From NCBI GenBank assembly GCA_963789265.1, contig CAWBKB010000001.1, positions 2,208,001 to 2,272,000 on the forward strand: a DNA stretch of 64,000 nucleotides, read 5' to 3'. Below are positions 9,071 through 18,675 of this stretch, one piece after another (position 1 is the stretch's first letter; each line of letters begins with the position of its first letter). Under the pieces are notes generated by a model. The model worked only from the letters and a program-made list of their open reading frames with translations, made no database searches and was not told where the DNA came from. Origin of the DNA: an uncultured delta proteobacterium. GTDB lineage: Bacteria > Desulfobacterota > Desulfomonilia > Desulfomonilales > Desulfomonilaceae. The translations under genes were made by a program, and so were the position numbers.

Positions 9071-10621
9071 ATGAACGGGGCCGAACTAGTTATGAAGACC
9101 GCTGCCGCAGCGGGGGTGGAAATATGCTTTGCGAATCCCGGAACCACAGAAATGCCCCTGGTGCAGGCGCTGGACACCGTACCCGGCATTCGAGCCGTAC
9201 TAGGGCTGTTCGAAGGAGTGTGTACCGGCGCTGCTGACGGGTATGGCCGCATGCTCGACAAACCGGCCATGACTCTGTTGCATCTAGGCCCAGGTTTGGC
9301 CAACGGAGTCGCTAACCTGCACAATGCCCGCCGTGCTCACACTCCGGTCTTGAATGTGATAGGCCAGCACGCTTCCTGGCATCAGCCAGCGGACCCGCCT
9401 CTTAACATGGACATCGAAGCTCTTGCCGGAACAGTCTCCGGTTGGGTACGGTCCTGTGAGTCAGTTGCGGACTTGTCTCGAGATACGGCAGAAGCGGTTG
9501 CCGCTGCCATGCAGAGACAGATTGCGACAGTCATTGTGCCTCATGACTATCAGTGGAGCGAATGCACGGATGAAACGATAATTACTCCCCTCTTCTCGCC
9601 TCATCCCATTGACAACGATGCGATAGAAGAGGCGGCTAGGCTCCTTCGTGCGAGTCCTAACTCGTTGATAATGCTCGGCGGCCGAGCGTTACGGAAACGT
9701 GGACTGCAAGCAGCCGACCGTATACGAGCAGCTACAGGATGCGATCTCTTTTCGGAAATTCTGCCTGCACGTATGGAACGAGGCGCGGGCATCCCCGCAG
9801 TGGACCGCCTTCCCTATTTTCCTGAGCACGCGACAGCGGCGTTATCAATATATCAGGCGGTAATACTGGCTGGAGCCAAGGAGCCCGTGGCATTTTTCGG
9901 GTACAAGGGTATGAGAAGTCGATTGCTGAACGACAATCAGCAAAGCCGCTTGATCGCCGGGCCTCGCGATAACGTGGAGGATGCTCTCGAACACCTGGCC
10001 GATGCACTGGGCGCGTCCGGGGCTTCGGTCCATACTGCCGCAAACGCAAAACACTCGATCCACGGACTTCCTCAGGGCATACTTACCAGGGACAAGGCCG
10101 CGGCCACCTTGGCTGCCCTTCAGCCCGAGAACGCCATAATAGTGGATGAAGCAGTAACCACGGCAGGGGCCTATTATCCTCTCACGGCAACCGCACCGCC
10201 GCACAGTTTGCTCTGTTTGCCGGGCGGTTCCATTGGCATGGGAATGCCGTGCGCGATCGGAGCGGCCCTCGCGTGCCGGGACCGTCCTGTAATCAGTTTC
10301 CAGGCTGATGGGAGCGCTATGTACACGGTGCAGGCGCTGTGGACTCAGGCACGAGAAGGTCTGGACATAACCACGCTCATCTGCTCGAACCGGAGTTACG
10401 ACATTCTCAAGCTGGAGCTCATGCGTGCCGGCACTGTTTCGCCCGGAAAGAACACGCTCGCTCTCACTGACCTGGGAAATCCCTCCCTCGACTGGGTGCA
10501 GATCGGTCAAGGCATGGGGGTGCCTGCTGTGTCCGTTGACACCGCGGAGCAATTAGCTAAAGAATTGACCGCCGCGCTTCACGAACCCGGGCCTCATCTC
10601 ATCGAAATGGTACCTGTCTGA
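9071..10621 (+). CDS. TPP-dependent enzyme, acetolactate synthase large subunit / benzoylformate decarboxylase-like
   Basis: FANPGTTE, LHLGPGLAN and ADGSAMY..QALWT motifs. Confidence 0.9.
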   Translation: MNGAELVMKTAAAAGVEICFANPGTTEMPLVQALDTVPGIRAVLGLFEGVCTGAADGYGRMLDKPAMTLLHLGPGLANGVANLHNARRAHTPVLNVIGQHASWHQPADPPLNMDIEALAGTVSGWVRSCESVADLSRDTAEAVAAAMQRQIATVIVPHDYQWSECTDETIITPLFSPHPIDNDAIEEAARLLRASPNSLIMLGGRALRKRGLQAADRIRAATGCDLFSEILPARMERGAGIPAVDRLPYFPEHATAALSIYQAVILAGAKEPVAFFGYKGMRSRLLNDNQQSRLIAGPRDNVEDALEHLADALGASGASVHTAANAKHSIHGLPQGILTRDKAAATLAALQPENAIIVDEAVTTAGAYYPLTATAPPHSLLCLPGGSIGMGMPCAIGAALACRDRPVISFQADGSAMYTVQALWTQAREGLDITTLICSNRSYDILKLELMRAGTVSPGKNTLALTDLGNPSLDWVQIGQGMGVPAVSVDTAEQLAKELTAALHEPGPHLIEMVPV

Positions 10622-10626
10622 GACTT

Positions 10627-11559
10627 TCAGCGCACCGGTCTTTCGACCTGGTCAAAAGCTGCGCGCACAATCTGCGCCAAGTCTACGGCCTGCCCGCTTC
10701 CCCAATAGCGGATAAAGAACATTCGAGGTTCTTCGTCGAGCATGTGATTATTCACAGCTACGATAGCAATGCCGCCCTTCCTCAAAGTGCGGACGACTCG
10801 GTTGACTTCCGAAGCGGTTACCGCGATGTCGCCGGCCACGCGGGCTCGTTCGTTGGTCCCCACAAATCCTGCCCAGGAATTCATTCCCATGGCGGCAGTC
10901 ATCTCCAGCCCGTGACTTCGCACGCCGGATCGGCCGACTGTGACCTTGAACGCGCCACCGGTGCTTTTCCCGGTATGGCCGACGATATTTTCTATGCGCC
11001 TGGTGTCCAACGGCGATCCGGAGAGTTCTGACGAGCCCTCTCCGGTTGGCTGGGGGGTAGCCGTTTTGCTCAAAGCATTCTTGACTCCGCGTGCGAGATC
11101 CTGTGCCTTGCCGATCCCGTTAAAATACATGGACAGAGTGCCCGGTCTTTCACCCGAGAAATCATTGTGCAGAGCGGTTATGTCGATTCTTGCCCCCTCC
11201 AGTGTGGAAATGACGGAATGCACTTCCTTATCGAGTAACACCAGATTCCCGATCACCAACACATTGTCCCCGATGTTCGCCCACGCAACCCAGGAATCAA
11301 GTCCCAGACCGATTGGCACATGTTCGCCATCGACGATGACCTGTATGTCACTGCGCGGGTATCGTACGATGAGAGTGCCTCGCCTTATTTCTCCTTTCGT
11401 GCTCAAAATTTTCTCAATTTGGGTGAAATGATCCGCGTCCGCTGCTGTTGCAACGGTACTGGAAAATATTGACAGCCAGATGATAGCAATCGCAACTATA
11501 GCACTCGGATGATCAATTGAACGACTAAACATTGTGTATTGTCTCCTGCTACTGCCCAT
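10627..11559 (-). CDS. Secreted DUF1259 (LppY/LpqO-like) tandem-domain protein
   Basis: Signal-like N-terminus; repeated SWxxF..G..V..EV..V...L...I.I.A.(H)NH motif. Confidence 0.75.
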   Translation of the reverse strand: MGSSRRQYTMFSRSIDHPSAIVAIAIIWLSIFSSTVATAADADHFTQIEKILSTKGEIRRGTLIVRYPRSDIQVIVDGEHVPIGLGLDSWVAWANIGDNVLVIGNLVLLDKEVHSVISTLEGARIDITALHNDFSGERPGTLSMYFNGIGKAQDLARGVKNALSKTATPQPTGEGSSELSGSPLDTRRIENIVGHTGKSTGGAFKVTVGRSGVRSHGLEMTAAMGMNSWAGFVGTNERARVAGDIAVTASEVNRVVRTLRKGGIAIVAVNNHMLDEEPRMFFIRYWGSGQAVDLAQIVRAAFDQVERPVR

Positions 11560-11958
11560 AAGACGTTCAGCCCGGTCGCGGATTCTTCCACTCCGCGATG
11601 GTCATAGCTCTTTACTTCGCTTGTAGAGCGAGATACCTCTGAGGGCTCCAGCGATTCCAAGCCGCTGACCTCACGGATCGAATTATAGCCGTACATGTGG
11701 GCAAATTCAGTCTAAAAAGTAACCATGACAGACACATAATTTTCACATGGCTAACGATCGATCATCCCTCTATTGCTTCCTTGCATTGTGCTATCGAAAT
11801 TATGACTCAGGGAGACAGGCCGCCCGGGACTGCGGCAGATCGGCAAACATCCTTCTCGGATTTCTCCCTGATGTGGATTTGAGCCGCAGGATGAGACCGG
11901 GCAGTCCCGGCGGGCTGAAGAATCCTGTATCCGGAAGATATAGAAATGAGGCTATGAC

Positions 11959-13071
11959 ATGATGACACTTCTACTACAAATATCTGTTGCAATAGTGTCT
12001 GTGCCGGCATTCCTCTCGGCGATCGCACATGCCCGCACAGAGACCCAAAAGGCGACCTTTGCCGGGGGGTGCTTCTGGTGCATGCAACCCGAATTTGAAA
12101 AACTCGATGGGGTTGTGAAGGTGGTGGCTGGTTACATAGGCGGCACCGGTAATAACCCAACCTACGAGGACTATGCCCAAAAGGGTCACGTTGAAGCGGT
12201 ACAGATTACCTTCGATCCATCAAAGATATCCTATTCACAGCTTCTGGACGTAGTCTGGAGGCAGATAGACCCTACGGACGCCGGTGGCCAGTTCGTCGAC
12301 AGGGGGCCGCAGTACCGGTCTGCAATCTTTTACCATGATGAAGAACAGAAGACGCTGGCCGAAAAATCGAAAGAGGCACTCGCAAAGTCCGGAAGATTTG
12401 ATGAACCTCTGGTAACCGAGATCATCAAAGCCTCGGCATTCTATGAGGCCGAGGATTATCATCAGGACTATTCTAAAGAGAACCCCATCCGATATAAGTT
12501 CTACAGGTACAATTCCGGCCGTGATCGATACTTGACCAAAATATGGGGTGCGGACAGAAATCGAGAAAAGACAAGTAGTAATACTTCGGAGAACATAGAT
12601 ATGGGCAGGAAAGAACTTAAGAAAAAGCTAACGCCGTTACAGTACGAGGTGACGCAAGAACCCGGGACCGAACCGGCATTCAACAATGAACATTGGGACA
12701 ACAAAAAGCCTGGGATCTATGTTGACATCGTTTCCGGGGAACCTCTGTTCAGCTCACTGGATAAATTCGATTCCGGCACTGGATGGCCCAGCTTTACCAA
12801 GCCTCTGGAACTCGGAAACATAGTGGAAAAACAAGACAAAAGTTTCTTCACCACGCGCACGGAAGTCCGAAGCAAGCACGCTGATTCCCATCTCGGGCAT
12901 GTATTCAATGACGGGCCCAAGCCGACCGGTCTGCGCTATTGCATGAATTCCGCGGCGCTCCGCTTTATTCCGAAGGAAGATTTGGAAAAGGAAGGGTACG
13001 GCCGTTACGAACAGCTTTTCGAAAGAGACGGTGAAGGGTACGCGTCTAGGGAGAGCTACTTCAGGGGCTAA
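11959..13071 (+). CDS. msrAB: Bifunctional peptide methionine sulfoxide reductase MsrA/MsrB, probably exported
   Basis: [14 protein letters not shown] (MsrA); [24 protein letters not shown] (MsrB); hydrophobic leader. Confidence 0.95.
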   Translation: MMTLLLQISVAIVSVPAFLSAIAHARTETQKATFAGGCFWCMQPEFEKLDGVVKVVAGYIGGTGNNPTYEDYAQKGHVEAVQITFDPSKISYSQLLDVVWRQIDPTDAGGQFVDRGPQYRSAIFYHDEEQKTLAEKSKEALAKSGRFDEPLVTEIIKASAFYEAEDYHQDYSKENPIRYKFYRYNSGRDRYLTKIWGADRNREKTSSNTSENIDMGRKELKKKLTPLQYEVTQEPGTEPAFNNEHWDNKKPGIYVDIVSGEPLFSSLDKFDSGTGWPSFTKPLELGNIVEKQDKSFFTTRTEVRSKHADSHLGHVFNDGPKPTGLRYCMNSAALRFIPKEDLEKEGYGRYEQLFERDGEGYASRESYFRG

Positions 13072-13110
13072 ACTGTAGCACCGGGGCAACCGCGGATCTG
13101 GCAATCCGCA

Positions 13111-13210
13111 TTCACCGCGGAGAGGGCCGAGAACGCGGAGAAAAAGGATAGCTTATACCAGCTCCCATAGCTGCCCAGAGAAAACAGAATTCTCCGCGCT
13201 GAGCGGTGAA
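13111..13210. repeat. CACCGC.GAG..C.C.GAG..CGC.GAG-type short intergenic repeat
   Basis: Related copies at ~25121-25148, 38428-38456, 41816-41846 and 63271-63291. Confidence 0.6.
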
Positions 13211-13452
13211 CTGTTATCTTGAGGGAATGCAGTGGAGAGCCTATAGGTGAATCTGTAACATGTAGCGGGTTACAAATCCTCAAATGTGGGGAAGCCGCTC
13301 CACATATCGGTTCCCATATTTCATGTTCGCTGAATCAATGCACTGTCCCATAATTATGGCGGTTCACCGTCGGTCTCAGGGGCTCGGAATCCGTCTGGGG
13401 CGTCTTCAGGTTGCAATATGCCGCGGCCACGCCTCCGCGGGATCACTCTAAA

Positions 13453-13848
13453 TCAGTTGGAATCCAAGATATCTCGAATCGCTCCCAGTATCTCCTTCAT
13501 ATTGTACGGTTTGCCTACAAAGCCCCGGGCCGTCGATTCAATGGACTCTTTCGCTGCATCATTCAGAGGGTAACCACTAGTTACCAGAATACTGAGATTG
13601 GGGTCGATCTTATGAAATTCTTCGAGGCACTGCTCACCCCCCATTTCCGGCATGATGAGATCAAGAACCACCAGGGAAATTCTATCTCTCTCTTTCCGGT
13701 ATATATTCAGAGCCTCTTTCCCGTTTGTCGCGGTAATTACTGTGTAACCGCATCGCTCCAAAATTCTTTTCGTCAGATCGCTGACCATGTCTTCATCTTC
13801 TACAAGCAGAATCGTCTCGGTCCCCCCATGTGTCGGGCAATTCTTCAT
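13453..13848 (-). CDS. Stand-alone response regulator receiver domain
   Basis: ILLVEDE, LDLIMPEMGG, TSGY and KP motifs. Confidence 0.88.
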   Translation of the reverse strand: MKNCPTHGGTETILLVEDEDMVSDLTKRILERCGYTVITATNGKEALNIYRKERDRISLVVLDLIMPEMGGEQCLEEFHKIDPNLSILVTSGYPLNDAAKESIESTARGFVGKPYNMKEILGAIRDILDSN

Positions 13849-14080
13849 GGCTTAGGCCCAATCCTGGGGCTCTGCGGCAAGGGCAGAGGCTGAGATTTCG
13901 TTAGCGAATCTGGCTTTTCACCTGTCCTACGGTGTAGGATAAACCAAAACCATGTTTAGGTTAACTGAAAAAGTGCAAAAAGGCCGTCCAAGATGCGCTG
14001 AATTATCCGACACCGTATGACGCTATAGGATGAAACTGAGGATTTGTGACCGGAAATAAGGTCTGGACGAGGAGAGTGAA

Positions 14081-14347
14081 TTAATCTTGCGGGTTGCGGC
14101 GGCTTGGCCTAGGGAAAGCCCCATTGCGTTCCATCAGGAATAAATATAACTTGAGCGCCTTTTCCACGTGGTGAGATCTGGCATTTCCTAAGCTGTCCAA
14201 ACGCCTTACTACGTCAGCAGGCAGGCTACAGCTAATCCTTGCCGTTTGTCTCACTTGTTGTCGCCCTCGTGCCGTATAAGAACGGGGGTCAAGTTGAACT
14301 TCTTGCAGCAACATCCAAGCTGCCTTTATCTGCTCTTGCCTTGACAT
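14081..14347 (-). CDS. Small hypothetical protein with ribbon-helix-helix (CopG-like) segment
   Basis: GGAGG RBS before ATG 14347; RISCSLPADVVRRLD...RSHHVEKALKLYL. Confidence 0.55.
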   Translation of the reverse strand: MSRQEQIKAAWMLLQEVQLDPRSYTARGRQQVRQTARISCSLPADVVRRLDSLGNARSHHVEKALKLYLFLMERNGAFPRPSRRNPQD

Positions 14348-14613
14348 CCTACCTCCCTCACGATTCTCACACCCATTCCAACATTCAATATATGTGCCAA
14401 TTACCGTTTTCGGATGAAGACCAAGGGACGCCATTGGGGTTCCTCGCTTTGCGAACATCTCCCCCGGCAAATGACAGGGTTGGGAATGGTAATCTGTGTA
14501 CTTTATCACTCTTTTATAACATTTTGAAACCATTAAAGAGCGCGTACGACGAGGGTATGCAGGATGTCGCGATGTAAGCGTTCAGATTTTAGCGGGACAG
14601 TGTCATTAAACCT

Positions 14614-14893
14614 GTGGGGCAGGCTTTCCGAAACAGTTTCAAAACTAATTTGATGTCCAGAATCGTGCCACGATTAAGCCTGGTCAGCATTTTCGGTGCC
14701 CTCACCCCAGCCCTCTCCCAGAGGGAGAGGGAGCTGATCCAAGGTCTATATTGGCGTCCCCTCGCCCTTTGGGAGAGGGTCAGGGTGAGAGATTCGTGGT
14801 ACGATCGCGTCCAGTTCAAGAATTTTGAGACAGTTTCTTCCAGCCTGCCTATTTCTTGACCTGGCCGACGGCAGGCTGGAAAGCCTGCCCCAC
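14614..14893. repeat. Inverted pair of GTGG-type REP hairpins; the left one is interrupted by a MITE
   Basis: GTGGGGCAGGCTTTCC|..|AGCCTGCC and GGCAGGCTGGAAAGCCTGCCCCAC; relatives at 28589-28655 and 30951-31030. Confidence 0.75.
14630..14837. mobile_element. 208-bp MITE-like element (17-bp imperfect TIRs, TTCC target duplication) containing CCCTCACCC..GGGAGAGGG palindromes
   Basis: GAAACAGTTTCAAAACT vs reverse complement GAAACTGTCTCAAAATT (14/17); TTCC at 14626-14629 and 14838-14841. Confidence 0.7.
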
Positions 14894-15015
14894 CACGTAA
14901 GAGAAAGTTTGTCGCCGCGGACACATTTCACTTGACAACGGATCTAGAGAACTAGATAACTATAACAATCTCGTGACTCCCTCCATCCAGGCTATGGCTT
15001 AACAAGGTGACACTC

Positions 15016-15828
15016 ATGATCATCATTGGTGAAAAGATCAATGGTACGAGAAAGCGGGTGGGCAATGCGATTCAGGATCGCGATGCTGATTTCATACGCG
15101 ACCTCGCGGTGCGGCAGTTTCAAAGCGGCGCGGCCTTCATAGATATAAACGCGGGTAGTTTGCCCGAGCGCGAACCGGATGACATGGCATGGTTGGTGGA
15201 AACCGTCCAGGAAGTAGTGCCTGATGCAACACTCTGTTTGGACAGCCCCAATCATAAGGCCCTTCGTATCGGCATCGAAAAGGCCGTAAAGCCCCCTATG
15301 CTCAATTCTCTGAGCGGCGAGAAATTCCGTGTGGATGAGGTGTTGCCGCTTGCCTGCGAGTTCGGGACAGATCTGATAGTCTTGGCTTTGGATGATAATG
15401 GAATCCCTGCAACCAGCGACGGACGGCTCGCTATCGTCCGAGGGCTCGTGGAAATGACTCGGAACGGCGGGATGCCCGACGAAAAGCTTTATGTAGACCC
15501 TCTTGTGATGGCAATTGCTACGGGCACAGAGAACGGGAACATCACACTTGAGACGTGCCGGAAGATCAAAGACGAATTCCCCAAAGTTCATTTAACCTGC
15601 GGGTTGTCCAACATTTCCTTCGGGATGCCGCTGCGGTCAATACTCAACCAGGCTTTCCTGGTGTTAGCGATGCAAGCCGGCATGGACAGCGCGATAGTCA
15701 ACCCGGAAGAGCGAGAACTGAGGGGGATGATGATGGCAGCAGAGACGCTTTTGGGAAAAGATCGGCACTGTCTCAACTTCAATCGAGCCTTCAGGTCCGG
15801 AAGAATCGGGCCAAAGAATGATTCGTGA
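15016..15828 (+). CDS. Methyltetrahydrofolate:corrinoid methyltransferase (AcsE-like, pterin-binding)
   Basis: IIGEKINGT, DIN.G, LDS, NS, DPLV and GLSNISFGMP.R motifs. Confidence 0.92.
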   Translation: MIIIGEKINGTRKRVGNAIQDRDADFIRDLAVRQFQSGAAFIDINAGSLPEREPDDMAWLVETVQEVVPDATLCLDSPNHKALRIGIEKAVKPPMLNSLSGEKFRVDEVLPLACEFGTDLIVLALDDNGIPATSDGRLAIVRGLVEMTRNGGMPDEKLYVDPLVMAIATGTENGNITLETCRKIKDEFPKVHLTCGLSNISFGMPLRSILNQAFLVLAMQAGMDSAIVNPEERELRGMMMAAETLLGKDRHCLNFNRAFRSGRIGPKNDS

Positions 15829-15850
15829 TTAGGCGTTGTTATATGTCACT

Positions 15851-15950
15851 GACTAAGTACAGCGTTTCATAAATACGGTGCCAATTGCACGGTAGCGCCG
15901 GCGTCTCTGCCGGCGTTTCGCGAACAACCGGCACTGAGGCCGGTCCTACT
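15851..15950. repeat. Intergenic repeat with GTAG-type REP
   Basis: GACTAAGTACAGC.TTTCATAAAT.CGGT also at 34554-34582; ACCGGCAC.GAGGCCGGTCCTAC inverted at 48338-48360. Confidence 0.7.
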
Positions 15951-16051
15951 GGGTTCCCGTGTACGCGGGAATGACGGCTATTGAACCAGAATACGAGATC
16001 GTTTTTGCGAAGAAGAGCGCTAATGACGCACTTCATAAAGGAGGGAGCACT

Positions 16052-16684
16052 ATGCAAGATCTTGTGAATGCAGTGGCGGAGATGATGGAAGACCAGGCCA
16101 TGACTCTTACAAAGAAGTACGTGGCAGAGGGCGTGCCGGCCATTCAAATCGTCGACGCGTACAAGGAAGCACTGGGCATCATCGGGAAGCGTTTCGAGGA
16201 GTGTACCTACTTCGTCCCGGAACTGATTCTGGCCGGTGAGATGACGAAGGCGGCCTACGAGATCGTCAAGCCTCTGATGACGGGCGGGGAATCGAACGCG
16301 GAAACACAAAGACTCGGTAAGTTCCTTCTGGGAACGGTTGAAGGTGATATCCACGACATCGGCAAGGACATGGTCCGCATGCTCATGGATATTAACGGAT
16401 TTGAAGTGAGGGATCTCGGCGTTGACGTCCCGGTTCAGCGGTTCTGGGACGAATACGAAGAATTTCATCCCGCTATCATTGGACTGAGCGGATTGCTTAC
16501 CTTGTCTTTCGAGTCCATGAAAAAGGTGGTCGATGTACTGAAAGAGAAGGGAGTGCGTGACAAAGTAAAGGTGATCATCGGCGGCGGGCAAATGGACGAA
16601 AAAGCTTGCAATTACATAGGCGCGGATGCCTTTGTTACCGATGCCGTAGCTGGAATCAACATTTGCAAAGGATGGGTGAACTAA
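16052..16684 (+). CDS. Corrinoid (B12-binding) methyl-carrier protein
   Basis: FVPELILAGE cap domain; GDIHDIGK (DxHxxG), GLSGLLT, IIGGG. Confidence 0.93.
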   Translation: MQDLVNAVAEMMEDQAMTLTKKYVAEGVPAIQIVDAYKEALGIIGKRFEECTYFVPELILAGEMTKAAYEIVKPLMTGGESNAETQRLGKFLLGTVEGDIHDIGKDMVRMLMDINGFEVRDLGVDVPVQRFWDEYEEFHPAIIGLSGLLTLSFESMKKVVDVLKEKGVRDKVKVIIGGGQMDEKACNYIGADAFVTDAVAGINICKGWVN

Positions 16685-16727
16685 GATAGCGTGTTGCGAA
16701 CCAGGTCATCCAGAAGGAGGGGAAGCC

Positions 16728-18062
16728 ATGACAGAAGGTTGGGAGAATATGTCCTCAAGCCAAAAGCAGGAGGCGTTTTTGGCGAAATGGGCCTCCGGAG
16801 AAGGCATCACGTTCGCCAACGATGAAGCAAAGGCTGCTTACCAGTACCGTGCCGGACTTATTGCGGATGCGGTCAAGCTCAAGAAAGCCCCTGACAGAGT
16901 GCCAATTGTCCCGCTGGCGACTTTCGCGCCCGTCATGCTTTACGGTTACACTGGGAAACAGGCCATGTACGACCCTCACATACTCGGTAAGGTCTGTCTG
17001 GATTACACGAGAGACTACGATGTAGATGCGACGGTTGTTGCGCCCATGGTCATGTACGGTCCGGCTCTGGAGGTGCTGGACTACGAACTGTACAAATGGC
17101 CGGGGCACGGCCTTAAGGAAGAGCAAGGTTATCAGTTCCTTGAAAAAGCATACATGGCAGCCGAGGACTATGATCACTTCATAGCAGACCCCAGTGACTA
17201 TTGGTTCCGGGTCTGGTTTCCTCGGACTCACGGCGCCCTGAAGCCTTTGGCCCAAATGCCGCCGTTGTACGGCACCATGGAACTGCCTATGGCCGGGCCG
17301 TGGCTTTGTGCGTTGGGCGCTCCGCCGATCCAAGAAGCATATAAAGCCCTTCTGGAAGCCGCCAGGATCAGCTTTGAGTGGATCGGGGCATTGGGGCAGT
17401 ATATTGGACAGATATTAAGCTCAGGTTATCCGATGTACGCGGGCAGCGCCTGCAAGGCCCCTTTTGACGTTCTGGGTGACTCCTTCCGGGGCACCGCGGA
17501 ATTGATGATGGATCTTTATCGAAGACCGGATAAGGTATTGGAGGCCGTGGACAGGCTTGTACCTCTCATGATCACCATGGGTGTAGGCGGAGCTTTGGCT
17601 AATAACAACCCGATCGTTTTCATTCCCTTGCACAAAGGCGCCGACGGCTTCATGTCCAACGAGCAGTTCGAGAAGTTCTATTGGCCGAGTCTCAAAAAGG
17701 TGATCCTCGGTTTGGCTGAACAGGGGTGTATGCCCTGTTGCTTTGTGGAGGGCGGCTATAACCAAAGGCTGGAATACTTGGCCGAATTGCCCAAAGGAGA
17801 ATGCGCATTTATCTTTGATAGAACTGACATGGCCCGAGCCAGACAAATGTTGGGAGGCAAGTCGTGCATCGGCGGAGGATTTCCGGTTTCCCTGATTATT
17901 ACCGGCAATACAAAAGAGGTAGAAGAGGAGACCAAGAAACTGTTGGAAGTGGCCGCGGGTGATGGCGGATATATCCTTAGCATCGGGTGCGCCATGGACC
18001 AGGCAAGGGAGGACACGCTCAAAGCGTTTATTCAGGCCGGGAAGAAGTACGGCAAGTATTAG
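16728..18062 (+). CDS. URO-D/MtaA-CmuA superfamily corrinoid methyltransferase
   Basis: PDRVP, APFD..GD.FRG...MMDLYRRP, FMS..QFEKFYWP and GGYIL motifs; adjacent to the corrinoid protein. Confidence 0.85.
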   Translation: MTEGWENMSSSQKQEAFLAKWASGEGITFANDEAKAAYQYRAGLIADAVKLKKAPDRVPIVPLATFAPVMLYGYTGKQAMYDPHILGKVCLDYTRDYDVDATVVAPMVMYGPALEVLDYELYKWPGHGLKEEQGYQFLEKAYMAAEDYDHFIADPSDYWFRVWFPRTHGALKPLAQMPPLYGTMELPMAGPWLCALGAPPIQEAYKALLEAARISFEWIGALGQYIGQILSSGYPMYAGSACKAPFDVLGDSFRGTAELMMDLYRRPDKVLEAVDRLVPLMITMGVGGALANNNPIVFIPLHKGADGFMSNEQFEKFYWPSLKKVILGLAEQGCMPCCFVEGGYNQRLEYLAELPKGECAFIFDRTDMARARQMLGGKSCIGGGFPVSLIITGNTKEVEEETKKLLEVAAGDGGYILSIGCAMDQAREDTLKAFIQAGKKYGKY

Positions 18063-18109
18063 GAATGAATGAGGCACGCGCCTGTACGATAGCCGGAAGA
18101 AGTCATACC

Positions 18110-18301
18110 GATTCGCGTTCAAGCAAGTCACATAAGTTCGCGATAAAACGATAAATTCAGCAGGGATGTGACAAAGCCACCCGCGAGACGCGGGATGGCA
18201 GCCGGAACCTCATGAACGGATGTTGGGTGGCACTGACCTGAGCACCGTTTTGGTGCCAGGTCAGTGCTGTTTGCCGATTCTCGCTTATTTGAGAACGAAT
18301 C
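18110..18301. repeat. MITE-like element bounded by imperfect ~20-bp inverted repeats
   Basis: GATTCGCGTTCAAGCAAGTCA ... TCGCTTATTTGAGAACGAATC; ~130 bp nearly identical to 21650-21780. Confidence 0.8.
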
Positions 18302-18447
18302 GAAAATCCCTTTTGTTATGCGTCGACATACGCCTGCATGCCTCGGGCTGTGACAAGCATGAGGCATGCTCTAGACTGGACGCAAAATGAAGGCTCCACC
18401 GGATTAATCCGGCGGTCGGTGCCACCAGGTTCGAAGTCGGCATCAGC

Positions 18448-18568
18448 GTAGGATGCTGGTGAGCCCGCGTTTTGCGCGGGAGAACCGCATCAATCGAGAA
18501 AAAACCGCGCATCCCGCGTTGGCGGGACGGTTCGTTCAGCGTGCCGCGGGACTTACCAGCATCGTACC
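18448..18568. repeat. GTAG-type REP inverted doublet
   Basis: GTAGGATGCTGGTGAGCCCGCG ... CGCGGGACTTACCAGCATCGTAC. Confidence 0.6.
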
Positions 18569-18675
18569 AGCATCTTTGCATCTTGTGCCGCGCCAGTACA
18601 CGGTTGCTACGTACTGAAGGCGAGGGCTTTCCTCCCATTCCCCGCGGGAGACAATAACACCAGGAGACTTTTAAG

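Noticed and set aside
15839..18131. Long antisense ORFs (e.g. 15839-16591, 17421-18131; also 23643-24377, 50505-51251)
   Set aside because: Shadow frames of well-supported genes on the opposite strand.
14900..18670. Cobalamin riboswitch in the corrinoid cluster
   Set aside because: No B12-box arrangement found; the structured intergenic segments are explained by REP/MITE repeats.
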